Source: Candidatus Binatia bacterium (GTDB lineage Bacteria > Desulfobacterota > Binatia > UBA9968). From it: 38,580 bases of DNA. The notes below the pieces were generated by a model, which saw nothing but the letters and a program-made list of their open reading frames with translations, was not told the origin of the DNA and ran no database searches. Below are positions 1 to 9,387 of this stretch, in pieces (within the stretch, counting starts at the first letter, position 1; each line of letters starts with the position of its first letter). Location of the stretch: contig JAICEJ010000003.1 in the NCBI GenBank assembly GCA_025924215.1, positions 1-38,580 on the forward strand. The letters run 5' to 3'. The position numbers and the translations under genes were made by a program.

Positions 1-1050
1 CGCTACGTGACAGATGATCGTCCAGGTATTTCCCGGCGAAGAAACGGCGCAGCGTTCCAATACATCGATCCCTCAGGAAAAGTGATCCGTGATCCGGAAG
101 AATTGCAACGCATAAAATCTTTGGCGATACCGCCGGCCTGGCGTGAGGTTTGGATCTGTCCGATACGCAATGGCCACCTGCAGGCGACCGGACGCGATGC
201 CAAGGGCAGAAAACAGCATCGTTATCACCCCCGCTGGCGCGAGGTCAGAGATGAAAACAAATATGGTCGTATTCTGGCTTTCGCGAAAGCTCTGCCGCTC
301 ATTCGTCAAAGAGTCGACAACGACCTTCGGCGGCCCGGGCTACCACGCGATAAAGTCCTCGCCACGGTGGTAAGGCTGCTTGAAACCAGCCACATTCGTG
401 TCGGCAACGAGGAGTACGCTCGGCAAAATAAGTCTTTCGGACTGGCAACCCTGAGGAATCGCCACGTCAATGTCTCCGGTTCGACGATCAGTTTCGAGTT
501 TCGCGGCAAAAGCGGCGTAGAGCATGCGTTGGATATCAATGATCGTCGCTTGGCAAAGATCATCAAGCGCTGCCAGGATCTGCCGGGTTATGAGCTGTTT
601 CAGTATATCGACGATGATGGCGAGCGTCGCACCATAGACTCCACCGACGTTAACGAGTACATCCGCCAGATTGCCGGTGAAGAATTCAGCACTAAGGATT
701 TCCGCACCTGGGCAGGAACGGTGTTGGCCGCGCGAGCATTGGAGGAGTTCCAAAGCGCTGCTTCTGATGCGGAAAGCAAACGCAATATAGTTCAAGCAAT
801 TGACTCGGTCGCCAAGAAACTGGGCAATACAAAAGCGGTGTGCCGGAAATGCTATATTCACCCGGCGGTGATTCAGTCCTATACCGACGGGACTCTGTTG
901 CGCGCTCTACGTCGGCGGCTCAAAAAGGAAATCAACGACTCACATGACCTCGAACCGGAAGAGGCCGCTGTGCTGAGGCTGCTGAAAGCTGGAGTTACCT
1001 CGGATAGTAAAGCAGCGCCAAAAGCCTCCGGCAATGGAGCGAGAGGCTAG
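1..1050 (+). CDS. Bacterial DNA topoisomerase IB (5' truncated by window edge)
   Basis: Frame is open from base 1 (RYVTDDRPGI...). TopIB motifs: IPPAW, GRDAKGRKQ, IRVGNEEY (Arg), FRGKSG (Lys), KDFRTW (Arg), LGNTKAVCRKCY (Asn in place of the poxviral His; catalytic Tyr). Confidence 0.95.
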   Translation, partial: RYVTDDRPGISRRRNGAAFQYIDPSGKVIRDPEELQRIKSLAIPPAWREVWICPIRNGHLQATGRDAKGRKQHRYHPRWREVRDENKYGRILAFAKALPLIRQRVDNDLRRPGLPRDKVLATVVRLLETSHIRVGNEEYARQNKSFGLATLRNRHVNVSGSTISFEFRGKSGVEHALDINDRRLAKIIKRCQDLPGYELFQYIDDDGERRTIDSTDVNEYIRQIAGEEFSTKDFRTWAGTVLAARALEEFQSAASDAESKRNIVQAIDSVAKKLGNTKAVCRKCYIHPAVIQSYTDGTLLRALRRRLKKEINDSHDLEPEEAAVLRLLKAGVTSDSKAAPKASGNGARG

Positions 1051-1093
1051 CGCCCGATTGCGCATGCAAAGTGATAATTAGATAACCGCTGAG

Positions 1094-2704
1094 ATGATTC
1101 CGTACGCACCGGCTGTTTCAGCAGCACACCCTACCGAAACCGCCTGGTGGCAAAAGGGTTCGATCTATCAAATTTATCCGCTGTCATTCAAAGACAGCAA
1201 TGGGGACGGCAGCGGTGACCTGCGAGGAATTATCAGTCGGCTTGATTACTGCCGCTGGCTCGGGATCAATGCGGTCTGGCTATCGCCGATCTATCCTTCG
1301 CCGATGATTGATTTCGGCTATGACATATCAAATTTCACCGATATTCATCCGCTGTTTGGCACCCTCAGTGATTTTGACGCGCTGATCAGCGACGCGCGGC
1401 GTTTAAACTTAAAAATCCTTTTGGATTATGTGCCCAATCACAGCTCGGACCAACACTCCTGGTTCCTTCAGTCCAAGTCGTCCCGGAACAATCCCTACCG
1501 AGACTGGTACATTTGGCGCGATCCAGCGCCCGGAGGTCGGCCGCCCAACAATTGGTTGAGCGCATTCGGCGGCAGCGCTTGGGAGTGGGATGAAAACGCC
1601 GGGCAATATTATTTGCACTCCTACCTTAAAGAGCAGCCCGATCTAAACTGGCGCAATCCTGCCGTCCAACAGGCGATGATCGACGTGCTGAGATTCTGGC
1701 TTGATCGAGGCGTGAGCGGCTTCCGAGTAGATTCAATCGCTCACTTGATGAAAGATACTCAGTTTCGAGACAACCCCTTGAATCCCGATTGGGAGCCAGT
1801 CACGGGTCCGTATTTTCGCTATCTGCCGGTCCACTCGCGGGATCATCCGGACAGCGCGAACATAATCCGCCAGATACGGCAAGTCATCGATGAATACGAG
1901 GATTGCGTGATCATCGGTGAGGCCTACCTATCTTTGGAGCGCACCGTTGCCTACTACGCCGCCGGAGTCCATCTCCCTTTTAATTTTGCCTTGATTACCA
2001 GTCCCTGGACCGCTCGCGAGGTGCATCGCATAATCACAACCTACGAGTCACTGCTCGGACCTGATCAGTGGCCCAATTGGGTGCTGGGAAATCATGACCG
2101 CCACCGGGTTGCCACTCGCGTTGGCCGGGCACAGGCGCGCGTAGCGGCAATGCTTCTGCTCACCTTGCGTGGCACACCGACGCTTTATTACGGTGATGAA
2201 ATTGCGATGCTGGATGTTCCGATCCCGGCAGAGCTGGTCAAGGATCCCTGGGAATTAAACGTCCCTTGCCTCGGCTTGGGGCGAGATCCCGAGCGCTCAC
2301 CGATGCAATGGGATTCGACCAATCACGCTGGCTTCAGCACCGCCATTCCGTGGTTGCCTGTGGCCAGTGATTTCAATCGCTTCAACGTTGCGTTTGAGAG
2401 CCATGAACCCGACTCAGTTCTCACCCTGTATCGCCGCTTGATCGCGCTTCGGGCCGAAAAGACGGCACTGCACAGCGGTTCCTATGGCGAAGTTTTGTGC
2501 GAAGATCACGTCCTGAGTTACAGCCGCCACTCCGGGTCGGAAAGTTTTTTGATCGTGCTAAATTTCAGCAAGGAGCCTAGAACATTTGAGAACGTCGGCC
2601 TTCGCGGCATTATAAGTTTAACCACCGCTCTTGATCGCGCTAGTGAACCCGTTGCCGAAAAGGTTCTACTGCGCCCTGATGAGGGAGTCATCGTCGGAAT
2701 ATAA
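1094..2704 (+). CDS. GH13 alpha-glucosidase (oligo-1,6-glucosidase/maltase-like)
   Basis: WWQKGSIYQIYPLSFKDSNGDGSGDL, DFGYDIS, DYVPNHSS and the QPDLN signature. Catalytic triad in GFRVD, IIGE and NHD. Confidence 0.95.
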   Translation: MIPYAPAVSAAHPTETAWWQKGSIYQIYPLSFKDSNGDGSGDLRGIISRLDYCRWLGINAVWLSPIYPSPMIDFGYDISNFTDIHPLFGTLSDFDALISDARRLNLKILLDYVPNHSSDQHSWFLQSKSSRNNPYRDWYIWRDPAPGGRPPNNWLSAFGGSAWEWDENAGQYYLHSYLKEQPDLNWRNPAVQQAMIDVLRFWLDRGVSGFRVDSIAHLMKDTQFRDNPLNPDWEPVTGPYFRYLPVHSRDHPDSANIIRQIRQVIDEYEDCVIIGEAYLSLERTVAYYAAGVHLPFNFALITSPWTAREVHRIITTYESLLGPDQWPNWVLGNHDRHRVATRVGRAQARVAAMLLLTLRGTPTLYYGDEIAMLDVPIPAELVKDPWELNVPCLGLGRDPERSPMQWDSTNHAGFSTAIPWLPVASDFNRFNVAFESHEPDSVLTLYRRLIALRAEKTALHSGSYGEVLCEDHVLSYSRHSGSESFLIVLNFSKEPRTFENVGLRGIISLTTALDRASEPVAEKVLLRPDEGVIVGI

Positions 2705-3093
2705 CGGCCAGGCGATAAGCAGCTCAAATCTAAGATGACCATTCACGGCCTAGTGTTTTTCGCAAGTAAGTTTCCGGCGCAGGGCGTTGCGTCATGCGGC
2801 GCATTCGCAACCTCGATGGGCAAACTGCGACGCCATCAGAAGGTAAATAATGAACCGCAAAAAGTCGGACGGACGGTCGCAGCCGTCACCCGAATAGGCG
2901 GTTCGACGCGCTTCATTCTTGTAGCGCTGGCGCACGAAGTCTCGACGCTGACTTCTCGGCTGCAGGATTTCCAGGGGCACGGAGCGTCCCCGACAGGAGA
3001 GCTTGTTCCGAAACAGCGATCTTCCTTCGCTTGGATAGGTCAACGCGCCAATAACATCATAGCTAGGAGGTACAACGCCTTCCGTGGATTTGA

Positions 3094-3471
3094 TCACGAA
3101 TGGAGTGTAGAGTCCTGCGGGTGAGAGGCGATTCGGTCCAGCAACTGGCGAAGCTCCTCGTCGCTGGTCTGCTCAAAATCCGAATACCACGAGCCAACAG
3201 CCATAAACGGCTCAGGGGTTGCGCCGCAAATTACCTCGTCGACTTCGCTGCGCAAATCCGCACAAGTTTCGGCAGCTGCCACAGGCACCGCAACGATGAT
3301 CTTCGACGGCTGCATGTTGCGCAGCGCGGTAGCAGCGGCGCGCATTGTCGATCCGGTTGCCAACCCGTCATCGATGAGAATCACCGAGCGCCCTTGTATA
3401 CTGGGGCGCGGCCGATCTCCACGGTACAGCCGTTCGCGGCGTTTCAACTCTTGCTCCTCGCGCAATCGTTC
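3094..3471 (-). pseudogene. C-terminal half of a COG1926-type phosphoribosyltransferase
   Basis: The PRPP-binding motif VILIDDGLATGSTM and AVPV...FMAVGSWYSDFEQTSDEE are present. An in-frame TAG lies just upstream of ERLREEQ, there is no RBS, and the N-terminal half (RGGV motif) is absent. Confidence 0.75.
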
Positions 3472-3538
3472 CTATCGGAGGAGCCGAGGACCGTCTTCAC
3501 ATCGGAACTAAGAAGAACAACACAGGCGAAGTGGTCCG

Positions 3539-3709
3539 CTACTTTTTCATCATCGGCGGCTCGCCTGCTCCGCCAAACTGTCCGATGCGGCGTTTGGAAT
3601 CCTGCTCAAATGGTTGCTCGGTTTGCGGACTAATTTCGCGCTGTCTTTTGCGCTTCGACGTTTTCTTCTGGGAGCCTGCCTGCTTGCCTCTTTTCTTTGC
3701 CTTTGACAT
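3539..3709 (-). CDS. Small basic hydrophilic protein, 56 aa (MSKAKKRGKQ...GQFGGAGEPPMMKK)
   Basis: Strong RBS AGAGGAG 4 nt before ATG 3709; internal start within the longer track ORF 3539..3832. Confidence 0.65.
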   Translation of the reverse strand: MSKAKKRGKQAGSQKKTSKRKRQREISPQTEQPFEQDSKRRIGQFGGAGEPPMMKK

Positions 3710-3883
3710 AGAATCTCCTCTCTGCAAACTTTCCATCTGACCGCCGGCTCCCAATGTTGAGCCGTCCAAGCGATAATCGGGGATATGCCGCCTATCCCCC
3801 TCGGAATTTTGAGTGTGCGACGTTAATGGCATGGGAGACTGTGACGGCGAAATTGAACCGTGCGCAGCTTCTACAGGTTAGAT

Positions 3884-4261
3884 TCACGAAGTAGGGGTTT
3901 GTGGTGCTTTATCCAACGCCCGCTGCACCTTGAACAGCAGATCATCTAAGACGAACGGCTTTCGAATGAACTCGGTTGCCCCCGCAGGCACGGTTGAAAG
4001 CGAATCGGATACATAGCTCGTCATGATCATAACCGGAATCTGTGGCGCCCTGAACTGAAGCTGCTGCAGCAGCTTCAAGCCGTCCATCCGGGGCATGACG
4101 ATATCCGACAACACCAGGTCAAACGGTCGCCCGGCAAGTTTTTCAAGCGCGTGAACTCCGTCGCTTGCCTGATCTACGTCATAGCCCTCATCACTGAGCA
4201 GCAGCGAGAGATTTCGTCGGGTGATGGCATCGTCTTCAACGATGAGGATTTTGCCCGTCAT
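3884..4261 (-). CDS. Single-domain response regulator (REC only, NtrC-receiver-like)
   Basis: ILIVEDD, LVLSD(phospho)IVMPRMDG, IMT and RKPF; no output domain. GGAG upstream of ATG 4261. Confidence 0.9.
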   Translation of the reverse strand: MTGKILIVEDDAITRRNLSLLLSDEGYDVDQASDGVHALEKLAGRPFDLVLSDIVMPRMDGLKLLQQLQFRAPQIPVMIMTSYVSDSLSTVPAGATEFIRKPFVLDDLLFKVQRALDKAPQTPTS

Positions 4262-4421
4262 AGACTCTAGTCTCCGCAAAAATGATTCCAGCTCGCTCTA
4301 ATGACGAGCTGGATTATCGATATCAGGCGTTAGGAGTGAAACCGTCAGTTACTGCGAAAAGGTGCCCGTTTTAATTAATCGAATGACAGCTTTTCCGAAT
4401 TCTGGGTGTGTTATTCAGGCG

Positions 4422-4495
4422 TGTCCGAAAAAAGGGTCAGGTCAGCTATCGAAATCTGAGATGCAGCTCCTCTAATTCGTCGCATTTTCGACACA
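4422..4495. promoter_or_regulatory. Putative enhancer (bEBP-binding) 18-bp palindromes
   Basis: TGTCCGA-AAAA-AGGGTCA (4422), CTATCGA-AATC-TGAGATG (4446) and CGTCGCA-TTTT-CGACACA (4478), upstream of the sigma54 motif at 4581. Confidence 0.45.
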
Positions 4496-4580
4496 CAGGC
4501 AATGCCATGCGTGGCCCACGCGAGAGCCATCGCGCCACTAGCGGACGCACTCCAGCCCAAGTAAAAGGCTCTGGCTATCC

Positions 4581-4596
4581 TGGCATCTTCGTTGCA
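4581..4596 (+). promoter_or_regulatory. sigma54 -24/-12 promoter
   Basis: TGGCATCTTCGTTGCA (GG-N10-GC), 41 nt before ATG 4638. Confidence 0.8.
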
Positions 4597-4637
4597 CAGA
4601 GCTTGCTACGCCACACAGCCTTATACACAGTGGACTC

Positions 4638-5399
4638 ATGCTGAGACCGATAGAGAGCCTCAAGAATTTTTCGATCGGCGCTAATGATGGCGAGATCGGA
4701 AGGGTAGTAGAATTTTTCTTCGATGACGACAAGTGGACGATCAGATATCTGGTTGCCGACACCGGAGGTTGGCTGAGCGGCAGAAAAGTGCTGATCTCGC
4801 CGATCTTCTTCGGCGCGGTGGATTGGGACGGCGAGGTTTTCAACGTCAACCTTACCCGACAACAAATCGAAAATAGCCCAAGCATCGACACCGATAAACC
4901 GGTGTCGCGCCAACAGGAGAGCAGCTTTTATGACTACTACAACTTTCCCTATTATTGGTTGAGTGCGGGGCTAACAACTCCAGCGGCGGTTGATCCTAGC
5001 GCAGCTACACCAGCCCCAAGCGGTCCGGAGGCCGCGGCGTTGGGCCAGCAATCGGATTTCGAGGACATTCATTTGCGTAGCACCAAGGACATACTCGGCT
5101 CTTATATTGAAACCACCGATGGCGACCTTGGCCATCTGGAGGATTTCATCATCGATGATCAAACCTGGGTAATCCGTTATCTGCTGATCGATACGACAAA
5201 TTGGTGGCCAGGTAAGACAGTGCTGATCTCGCCGGAATGGGTCAAGGACATGGTTGAGGCCGATTCGAGAGTCTACGTCGATCTGACCCAGGAACAGATA
5301 AAAACTAGTCCGCAGTACGATGAGACAACCGTTCTCGATCGTGACTACGAGTCGCGTCTCTACCAACATTACGGCCGCTCACGGTATTGGAGCGACTAA
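4638..5399 (+). CDS. Tandem PRC-barrel domain protein
   Basis: Two repeats of (A/T)xDG(E/D)(I/L)GxV/Lx(E/D)FxxDDxxWxIRYLxxDTxxWxxG(R/K)xVLISP...(V)xLTx(Q/E)QI, each followed by a Y-rich tail. Confidence 0.9.
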   Translation: MLRPIESLKNFSIGANDGEIGRVVEFFFDDDKWTIRYLVADTGGWLSGRKVLISPIFFGAVDWDGEVFNVNLTRQQIENSPSIDTDKPVSRQQESSFYDYYNFPYYWLSAGLTTPAAVDPSAATPAPSGPEAAALGQQSDFEDIHLRSTKDILGSYIETTDGDLGHLEDFIIDDQTWVIRYLLIDTTNWWPGKTVLISPEWVKDMVEADSRVYVDLTQEQIKTSPQYDETTVLDRDYESRLYQHYGRSRYWSD

Positions 5400-5472
5400 A
5401 AAATACTCCCCGGCCACCCATCGCAACGCCAAAGCACCGATCAGAGTGGATTCAAAAGCAGGAGAAGCAAGT

Positions 5473-7032
5473 ATGAACACAGCATGGGAGTGGAACGATA
5501 TCAATGAGCAAAAGGCTAAACGGCGTTTCGGCATCAAACGTTATCGCGCCGGCCAGCGCAAGCTCATTCAGGCGGTCCTGGAGAGAAGGAACGCTTTGGG
5601 GGTATTACCTACCGGGGGCGGCAAATCGCTTTGCTATCAATTGCCTGCTCTGTTTCTTCCGCGTGCCGTTTTGGTTGTCTCTCCTCTGATCGCGTTGATG
5701 CAGGATCAGCAGGAGAAACTCGTAGAACGAAGCATTCCTGCCGTTGAGTTGAACTCGACGCTAAGCTCAAACGAAGAACAGGAAAACATCGATACCGTTC
5801 AAAGCGGACAAACAGAGCTGATCTACGTCACTCCGGAACATTTGGAGAATGCAGGATATCTCAAGATTCTAAAAAAGGCCGGTGTGTCACTGGTGGTCGT
5901 CGATGAAGCCCATTGCGTTTCGCAGTGGGGCCATGACTTTCGCCCGGCTTACCTGTCACTGCGTAATGCGATCCGAGAGCTCGGGCATCCTCCGGTGCTG
6001 GCTTTGACAGCGACAGCCACTGACGAAGTCGCGACAGATATATTAAAGCAGCTTGAGTTAACCGACCCAGAGGTGATCAGTATCGGTATCGAACGAAAGA
6101 ATGTCGCTTTCGAGGTCGTTCGTACCGTCAACGAGGACGTCAAAAGAGATCGGCTCAAAGAAATTCTACGGGAACAGTCCGGCGGCGCCGGGATAATTTA
6201 TGTGCCCACCGTGAAACAGGTCGATGCTCTATGCCAATGGTTGATCGAGGAAGGATTTCGCGCTGGCCAGTATCATGGCCGGATGAAGACACCGATGCGC
6301 GAAACCAACCAACAGGCGTTCATGGCCAACGAGATCGATGTGATGGTCGCAACCAAGGCGTTCGGTTTGGGCATTGATAAGCAGGATATTCGTTTTGTCA
6401 TTCACTATGCGGTTCCGGACTCCATCGAAACTTATGTGCAAGAGACGGGACGCGCGGGGCGCGACGGCGAGCCGGCCCGGGCGATACTGTTCTATCGGCT
6501 TGAGGATCGCCGCGTTCAGTCCTACTTTCTCGGCGGCAAATATCCGCGTCGAGATGAGTCCTTGGCGCTGTATCGGACATTGGACCAAATGCCGCAACCA
6601 GAAGATTTGGGGGACCGAACTACCGAGCAATGGCTGGCCGAGGTTACCGATCTGACCGAGAAACGAGTCAAGGTTATTCTCGCGCTCTTGGAAAGCACGG
6701 GAATAATACAGCGCAAACCTCACGTGAGCAAAATCCGTGACTTCAACACCGATCAGGAGTTCGCCGCGTTTCTCGAAGAATACGAGCAGCGTCATAACGG
6801 CGACCGGCAACGTTTAGACGCAATGATGCTTTTTGGCCAGATTACCACCTGCCGAATGCGTTATCTGCTCGACTATTTTGACGAGGAGGTCGATGGCGAT
6901 TGCGCTCGCTGTGACAACTGCCGCGCTGGACAGGAAGCGACGGAAAACAGTTTCAGAGACGCCTCTTTATCCGGCGCAATCAAACAGGCACCGTCATCGT
7001 GCGGAATCGGCGCCGCTGTGGCGAATTCTTAA
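5473..7032 (+). CDS. recQ: RecQ-family ATP-dependent DNA helicase (short form, no HRDC)
   Basis: PTGGGKS, DEAHCVSQWGHDFRPAY, LTATA, QETGRAGRDG and the C-terminal Zn site CRMR...CARCDNC. Start moved to ATG 5473 after AGGAG. Confidence 0.92.
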   Translation: MNTAWEWNDINEQKAKRRFGIKRYRAGQRKLIQAVLERRNALGVLPTGGGKSLCYQLPALFLPRAVLVVSPLIALMQDQQEKLVERSIPAVELNSTLSSNEEQENIDTVQSGQTELIYVTPEHLENAGYLKILKKAGVSLVVVDEAHCVSQWGHDFRPAYLSLRNAIRELGHPPVLALTATATDEVATDILKQLELTDPEVISIGIERKNVAFEVVRTVNEDVKRDRLKEILREQSGGAGIIYVPTVKQVDALCQWLIEEGFRAGQYHGRMKTPMRETNQQAFMANEIDVMVATKAFGLGIDKQDIRFVIHYAVPDSIETYVQETGRAGRDGEPARAILFYRLEDRRVQSYFLGGKYPRRDESLALYRTLDQMPQPEDLGDRTTEQWLAEVTDLTEKRVKVILALLESTGIIQRKPHVSKIRDFNTDQEFAAFLEEYEQRHNGDRQRLDAMMLFGQITTCRMRYLLDYFDEEVDGDCARCDNCRAGQEATENSFRDASLSGAIKQAPSSCGIGAAVANS

Positions 7033-7108
7033 ACTCTTTTTTCTGCTGGGCAGCTTACCCTGATTTCGCTGTGGTTCAGGTTTAGAACCTGACCAGATTT
7101 CCAATCAG

Positions 7109-8668
7109 TCAACGTGGAGATAACGTTTGTCCTAGACTCAGCAACCAGTTTTTCAAATTGCTCACCCCACGACTAAAAAACGAATCCTCCGTGGCGGAAA
7201 TTCCTTCATAGCGGTCTTCCTGATAAAAGGGACCTTCAGGATCGAACGGCAAGCCCTCCGGGAGCACAGAGGTCACCCAGAGATAATCTTCAGAGACAAT
7301 ATCCAGCGGGTGATGCCGGAGCCGGTAAGATCCGCTGTCTGCCAAGCTGTTCAGATATTTTACCAAACCGCGGCTCCGGCTTAGATTCTCGAGTACCTGA
7401 GCTTCCCGCGCTCCTACATGTTCGGCCAAAAGGTCAACGCGAACAGCGCGAATCGCGCGGCCAACTTCACTCTCCCCCGCAGGCGCTTCCCATGCAACGT
7501 TCAATTCGGTATCGAGTCCCAAGCTGCGATTGTTCATATTGGCCGAGCCGACACTCAGGAAACGATCATCGACCAGGAAAAGCTTCGAGTGAATATACGT
7601 GGCGCTTTCTTTACCGTCGCCTCGGACCGAAGCCGGATAATAAATGCCGAAGGAGTGCCCTGTCTCCGCTGCGACACTCTGCAGTTCTCGAAGCAGTTTT
7701 TCCTGTACAACACCGATCGAAAGCTGCTCAACAAAAGCTTCGGCATCTTTGGCGATGACTAGGACGATTTCCAAATGAGAGCGCCGCGCATTCATCATAC
7801 GATCGACCAAAGCTTTGTACAGCGCGTTGGAGCTGAAATACTGATTCTCGACATAGATCAACTCCTCTGCGGCGTCGATCGCATCGAGAAATAAGCTGCG
7901 GATTTCCTGAATCGGCTTTTGCTCCCCCGCAGTTCCGGCTTGGGTTCGGCTGATCGCAATGAACTCTGCCGGAATCGCCACGGTAGGTCGAAACGGGAGC
8001 TGGTAATTCGACGATGATTTCGGCAACTGAAGAGTCCCCGTGGTGACGCAGTTCCAGCGGGCGACAAACAGCTCGGCCAGCTTCTGAGCCGCCGGGCCGA
8101 CGTGGAAAGATTGGATGTCGTGAAACGGGCCATAGCCGTTCTGGTCGGAATTCACACGAACCGGACTATCGACCGGATGGTCGCGATCGTCCCACCGGCC
8201 TGAACAAATATCCAGGCCACCGACAAAGGCTAGCTTGCCGTCGATCACGACGAATTTCTGATGGTGCGCGGCGCCGAAACAGTCGCAGCAGTCAAAGGAG
8301 AACGTGAACCTCTCATTCGTAGTCCAATTGAAGTACCAATCCTGAAACCACTCGCGATCGAGGCTGTAGAGCACTGTAAAGTCCCAAGCGAGGATGTAAA
8401 TGTGCAGACGTTGGTTTTGCTCGCAGAGATTATTCAAGAACGTGAGGAATTGAACGGACTCTTCAGCGGCGTCGGCATCCCTGCCGCGAAGCAGCGCCAC
8501 GTCGCTGTCGAACTGCCAACCAGAGATGAGAATATAATCCTCGGCAATTCGGGCGGCCTGATAAAACGCGCGGTAATAATCCCTGCCATCGATGAGCAGG
8601 CCCGATTTGGTGACTTCGCTGATGGTCCAGCAGTTCTTCTCCGGCTGTAGTATCTTTCTGACCGACAT
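7109..8668 (-). CDS. Phospholipase D superfamily protein (two HKD motifs)
   Basis: HHQKFVVID...GGLD and YIHSKLFLVD...GSANMNNRS; YVENQYF. Start is 8668 or 8692. Confidence 0.92.
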   Translation of the reverse strand: MSVRKILQPEKNCWTISEVTKSGLLIDGRDYYRAFYQAARIAEDYILISGWQFDSDVALLRGRDADAAEESVQFLTFLNNLCEQNQRLHIYILAWDFTVLYSLDREWFQDWYFNWTTNERFTFSFDCCDCFGAAHHQKFVVIDGKLAFVGGLDICSGRWDDRDHPVDSPVRVNSDQNGYGPFHDIQSFHVGPAAQKLAELFVARWNCVTTGTLQLPKSSSNYQLPFRPTVAIPAEFIAISRTQAGTAGEQKPIQEIRSLFLDAIDAAEELIYVENQYFSSNALYKALVDRMMNARRSHLEIVLVIAKDAEAFVEQLSIGVVQEKLLRELQSVAAETGHSFGIYYPASVRGDGKESATYIHSKLFLVDDRFLSVGSANMNNRSLGLDTELNVAWEAPAGESEVGRAIRAVRVDLLAEHVGAREAQVLENLSRSRGLVKYLNSLADSGSYRLRHHPLDIVSEDYLWVTSVLPEGLPFDPEGPFYQEDRYEGISATEDSFFSRGVSNLKNWLLSLGQTLSPR

Positions 8669-8680
8669 GGACGTTCCATC

Positions 8681-8709
8681 CCTGCGCCGCATCCACCGCG
8701 CGGCGCAGG
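8681..8709. other. GC-rich hairpin next to the PLD start
   Basis: CCTGCGCCGC-N9-GCGGCGCAGG, a perfect 10-bp stem. Confidence 0.5.
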
Positions 8710-8875
8710 ACGATTCCTAAAGTAAGTTTCAATAAAAAAAGCCGCTATTCAGCGCCGCTGTGTGTGAGTGCTGCTCGCATGACACGCAAAAAGAAAATGG
8801 CCGAGTGTTTTGTCGGCCTAAGGATTCCTAAACAGCGCGAGATTGCAGCAGAGGCAGAAAAGAAAATCGATGTTC

Positions 8876-9163
8876 TCAATTATTCCGCAACGAACTCGAT
8901 TCGCGAAACTCAGCAAGAGCCTGGTTACCGTTATCGTAGAGGGCGTCATAAAAAACGCCGCCGGTCTCATCTTGGTCGGCCTGGTTAAACGCTTGGCTGT
9001 TTTTCAACAATTGACGACGCCGTTGCAAATAAGTGTTCGTGGGCCAGCGCCAAGGGGATGTCGTCAAATTCTCGCCATCATATCGAGCCCCATTAACTTT
9101 ACTTTGACCAAATACTAATTGCCAAAAACTCTGTTCTTCCCACCTGACGCGTTGCGACTTCAT
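8876..9163 (-). CDS. Hypothetical protein, 95 aa
   Basis: Near-ideal RBS AGGAGGTG before ATG 9163 and its own sigma54 motif upstream; family not recognised. Confidence 0.65.
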   Translation of the reverse strand: MKSQRVRWEEQSFWQLVFGQSKVNGARYDGENLTTSPWRWPTNTYLQRRRQLLKNSQAFNQADQDETGGVFYDALYDNGNQALAEFRESSSLRNN

Positions 9164-9224
9164 GATCGCACCTCCTGTGCATCGACAAGATTAAAGCTGC
9201 GCAGCTGTAACTTGTAACCGCAAA

Positions 9225-9240
9225 GGCAAAACATATTCCA
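9225..9240 (-). promoter_or_regulatory. sigma54 -24/-12 promoter
   Basis: TGGAATATGTTTTGCC on the minus strand, 61 nt before ATG 9163. Confidence 0.65.
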
Positions 9241-9300
9241 GCCAAGACGCTTTTTCAATATACCAAATACATTGGCGAAACCGACAGCATCGATGAGTGC

Positions 9301-9360
9301 TGTACTACTGTTGGGACGGTCTCCGTGAAAAGACGCACTGGGTGTGCCAAATCCGACACA
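9301..9360. promoter_or_regulatory. Putative enhancer palindrome pair
   Basis: TGTACTA-CTGT-TGGGACG (9301) and TGTGCCA-AATC-CGACACA (9343), 42 bp apart. Confidence 0.5.
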
Positions 9361-9387
9361 CTTACTGATGAGGTACTAACGCCAGGA

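Noticed and set aside
2761-2776. CGGAAACTTACTTGCG (minus strand)
   Set aside because: Weak -24 element, pointing antisense into the glucosidase gene with no downstream gene.
2735-3124. ORFs 2735..3124 (+) and 2792..3097 (-)
   Set aside because: No RBS, no recognisable domain and atypical composition.
4353-4368. Possible sigma54 motif for the receiver gene (CGGGCACCTTTTCGCA, minus strand)
   Set aside because: GGCAC-to-GC spacing is one base short, and the -12 element is TCGC.
9334-9349. Second sigma54-like motif TGGCACACCCAGTGCG (minus strand)
   Set aside because: It overlaps the palindrome at 9343-9360, which explains the TGGCAC, and the -12 element is GTGC. Ambiguous, so not counted.
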